NCBI GenBank assembly: GCA_030390025.1
Contig: JASTWF010000342.1
Coordinates: 1 to 64,000, forward strand
DNA: 64,000 nt
Reading direction: 5' to 3'
From: Squalus acanthias
Taxonomy: Eukaryota
Shown here: positions 63,081 through 64,000 of the stretch, piece by piece
How positions within the stretch are numbered: the stretch's first letter is position 1
How the letters are laid out: the number at the start of each line of letters is the position of its first letter
The notes under the pieces: generated by a model
What the model saw: the letters and a program-made list of their open reading frames with translations, nothing else
The model's database searches: none
Told to the model about the DNA's origin: nothing
Translations under genes and position numbers: made by a program

Positions 63081-64000
63081 ATGTCTCTGAATTTCAGTGT
63101 GGGTTCTAAAAATCTCCGACCATAATTTCAGCAAAGGACTGGTGGAACTCCTGGGGGATCAGTGTAAACAGCTGAAAACAGCCATGTACACTATTTCTCT
63201 GGGGGTTCTCCCACTCTCTTGCCAAATTATCGGTAGGTGATCAGGACAACTCTCATGGAAATTAAAAGCCCGTGCTTTTTTGTTGTACGTGAAGTCCAGA
63301 TAGTGATTGCTATGACTATGAGTCAGAGCTTTAACAGTCCTTTGTAAGTTCTGTGCTCGTCTATTGAGATGGCTACCAGTCAACTACTTGGTTCCTTTGG
63401 CAGTAACAACTAAAGCTTGTATTGCCAGGAGTGCTTGTAAATAGCAAAATGGTGTTCTCTTCCTGGGTGTGAGTGTGCCAATAGGAAACACCATTATAGT
63501 CATAACTTTTTTATTTTTTGTATATTAGCTGGCATATGTGCAGCTGGAAAGAATGACAACAAAGCTAGATATTTTACCAGTTTGACCCTGGTTGTTGCTG
63601 GGAACGCATAAAACTTAGAAAAATTTGTAATTGGATGCTCAGAGGCAATTCACAGATTCCCCTTGGCTTGGTGCATGTTCAAAAAACCCTGCTTCAATAA
63701 ACTTCTGCATATGAGAAGCATATAAAATTTTAGGTGGTAACACTGGAAAGGAGTTCCAGAGACAGGAAAAACTGAGCGTGAAACAGTGCTACTGGTATTC
63801 TGTGCAGACTTTTTGGATCCATATAAAATATTGACCTGTAATTCCAGCATAAATATAGCATTCTGGTTTAAGCACTAGCAATTCTCAAGGTGTTTCACTC
63901 GTCATAATCCTTTACAGGGTTGACAATCCAGACACAGATCTTTGACTTAGTACTGGGTGGATTCTGGCATGGAGTAGGACATCATCATTCAGTTCATTGG

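Noticed and set aside
63159..63850. Further minus-strand exon candidates near the right end (also 33310-33606, 53125-53175 and 55283-55543)
   Set aside because: No recognisable homology and no phase-compatible chain could be built by eye. They are not distinguishable from chance ORFs or TE remnants.

Overview
Eukaryotic, repeat-dense sequence, very probably from a cartilaginous fish (shark). That assignment is inferred from the SINE and LINE families present: an HE1-like V-SINE, SacSINE1-like DeuSINEs, abundant CR1 and Penelope. Most of the window is nested, decayed transposons. These comprise several CR1 LINEs, L2 and RTE fragments, two Penelope-like copies (one with a minimal hammerhead ribozyme), three solo or truncated LTRs (two with clean 4-bp TSDs), one near-complete but dead PIF/Harbinger element (Myb/SANT-like gene convergent with a HARBI1-like DDE transposase) and many Harbinger-derived MITEs. 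There is also a ~1.8-kb C-rich minisatellite beside a CpG/NRF1-rich promoter-like patch. Three phase-compatible micro-exons (51.1-51.7 kb, minus strand) suggest an unidentified host gene. The most unusual items are (1) an apparently ORF1-less APE-RT LINE with a tRNA-type Pol III head whose sense strand almost lacks TTTT terminators, plus SINE-like derivatives, (2) two independent templated copies of local sequence inserted ~26 kb away, (3) a 60-bp-arm fold-back hairpin at a deletion junction, and (4) MITEs carrying promoter motifs plus stacked splice donors. No intact long host CDS, rRNA, true tRNA gene or CRISPR array was seen. All calls were made by eye, and boundaries without a TSD or TIR are approximate.
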